From assembly GCF_009914755.1 (NCBI RefSeq), contig NC_060925.1: a stretch of 64,000 nucleotides of DNA. The stretch is one strand, 5' to 3'. A program made the position numbers and the translations under genes. Within the stretch, counting starts at the first letter, position 1. Each line of letters begins with the position of its first letter. This DNA comes from the human T2T-CHM13v2.0 reference genome, Homo sapiens. Below are positions 62,600 to 64,000 of this stretch, one piece after another. The notes under the pieces are model-generated. The model did not search any database, had not been told where the DNA came from, and saw only the letters and a program-made list of their open reading frames with translations.

Positions 62600-62681
62600 T
62601 ACCATCTTCCTCATGGGACCAGTGAAACAGCTGAAGCGAATGTTTGAGCCTACTCGTTTGATTGCAACTATCATGGTGCTG
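62600..62681 (+). CDS. SFT2D2: SFT2D2 coding exon 4 (gene continues beyond window)
   Basis: ttttag|T acceptor; TIFLMGPVKQLKRMFEPTRLIATIMVL (Got1/Sft2 family FLMGP motif); 82 nt; donor CTG|gtaagg. Confidence 0.96.
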
Positions 62682-64000
62682 GTAAGGTCTGCTTTTTAGC
62701 TGGACTTCTCAGATGGGAGTTTTTATTTCTATTGTATAGGATGTTTTTCTTTTTAAATCTAAAGACCTCTTCTCTTTTTCCGTTCAGCTTGACTTATTAC
62801 CCTATTCCTATAACCATGTGGCAGAAGGGAACACTCTAAGTAATACTACGATCCCCTCCTCCCCTACTTTGTGTTTCAGTGGGTGTCAAGGTGCTACCAG
62901 TTCTGAAAAGCACCTCTAGAGGGCATTGCTTGTCAGATGAGCCACAGTGGTGTGGTGGTAGTAAGGGAGCTCAGACACCTTCCTGGTGACTGTGGAAGCC
63001 ACACACAGGCAGGGCTTAGAGGGAATAACTCAGAAACACAGGACTCATTCTCTAGGGTGGGTGTCCTGTCTTATAGAATGGCCTCTTTATTCCTCATTAT
63101 CTGACTTGGGGACTTATTACTGTTTTTCATCAGTCTCCCCAAAGTGGGAGTGGCCTCCTTATGGCCTGTCATCCTTGTACCCTGCTCTGACAACATTGTC
63201 TTTAGCTTTGTTGTATCTTCCTGTTCCATTGACCCTAAATGCCTCTCATTTTTGGCCTATTTTCTTCCCTGTGGTTGTCAAAATCATTCCAGACCTACAT
63301 TCTCTGGACTTTTATAGCTATTGCAACATTTGGAACTTGAAGAACATACTTTTATTTTTAGTTTCATTTATATAATCTCATTTGTTCAAATAGGTGAGTT
63401 ATCAAAAGCTGTGACCACATTTCCTGTTTATTTTGTGTCCTTTTAGAGTATTGGGCACAATGCTGGACACAGAGAATATTTAGGACATATTTGAGTAGTT
63501 ATTGTTATAGAAGGATGGCGAAGAAAGGCATGGCTGACTGCTCTAGCACCAGTTGTCCTTGGCCAGCCTCAGATGCCCACGGCCTGGACAAGTCTCTTGC
63601 AGAAAGAGCTTTCTAAGAATGGCCTTAGGGAAAGTGTTAGGTGATAGGTACACAAGTAACTGGCATGCTGACTGTGAGATTGATATCTCAGGTTAACCTT
63701 TGTCCTCACATGTGCTTTCTGCTGCAGAGACTAGCATTTGGTAGGAGTTAAAATAGAAAGATTTGTGTTAAGCTTACTTTAGTGCATTTGAATGAAAAGA
63801 TGGATGGACGGATGAATGGGTGGGCCTGAAATGTGATTTGTTTGCTGGGCAGAGGTTCTGGGAAAACTTGAAAGTAAAAGAACATCTTATCTATGTGAAT
63901 CTTTATTGGCTAGTTTGATTTCATGGAGATTTTTAACTATTCTGCCAAATATGGGTGCTCAGGTGGGTTAACTGCTTTGAGATGAAGGATGCATAAGTTT

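Overview
Human (or very close great-ape) genomic DNA, recognisable as the TIPRL-SFT2D2 locus (recalled as 1q24.2). The window holds the complete 7-exon TIPRL gene (+ strand; CDS 6575-27545 splices to exactly 819 nt = 272 aa + stop). It also holds the CpG-island promoter and first four coding exons of SFT2D2 (+ strand, 106 codons; the gene continues past the window). The ~24 kb between the genes is repeat-dense: old L1M elements carrying a Tigger1, an SVA, an RPL34 processed pseudogene and many Alus, then an NDUFA4/COXFA4 processed pseudogene and a cluster of solo LTRs. Almost all ORFs in the supplied track are Alu, SVA or GC-rich artefacts. I found no new multi-gene system. The best leads are: (1) an SVA whose target-site duplication encloses an extra ~130 bp with its own AATAAA and second poly(A), i.e. 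a 3' transduction; (2) a sense-oriented Alu fragment acting as a TIPRL alternative last exon (PGGGHL*); (3) a 39-codon strong-Kozak uORF whose stop overlaps both TIPRL start ATGs; (4) rare TIPRL splice sites (GAG acceptor, GC donor); (5) an (AC)13/(GT)21 fold-back in the long TIPRL 3'UTR; (6) an NDUFA4 retrocopy preserving an ancestral-type 82-codon sequence and a decayed miR-147b site; (7) a tailless Alu fragment with a 14-bp duplication; (8) a CCAAT-bearing 40-bp minisatellite followed by a candidate microexon in SFT2D2 intron 1. Repeat subfamily names are from memory of consensus sequences, and repeat boundaries are approximate.
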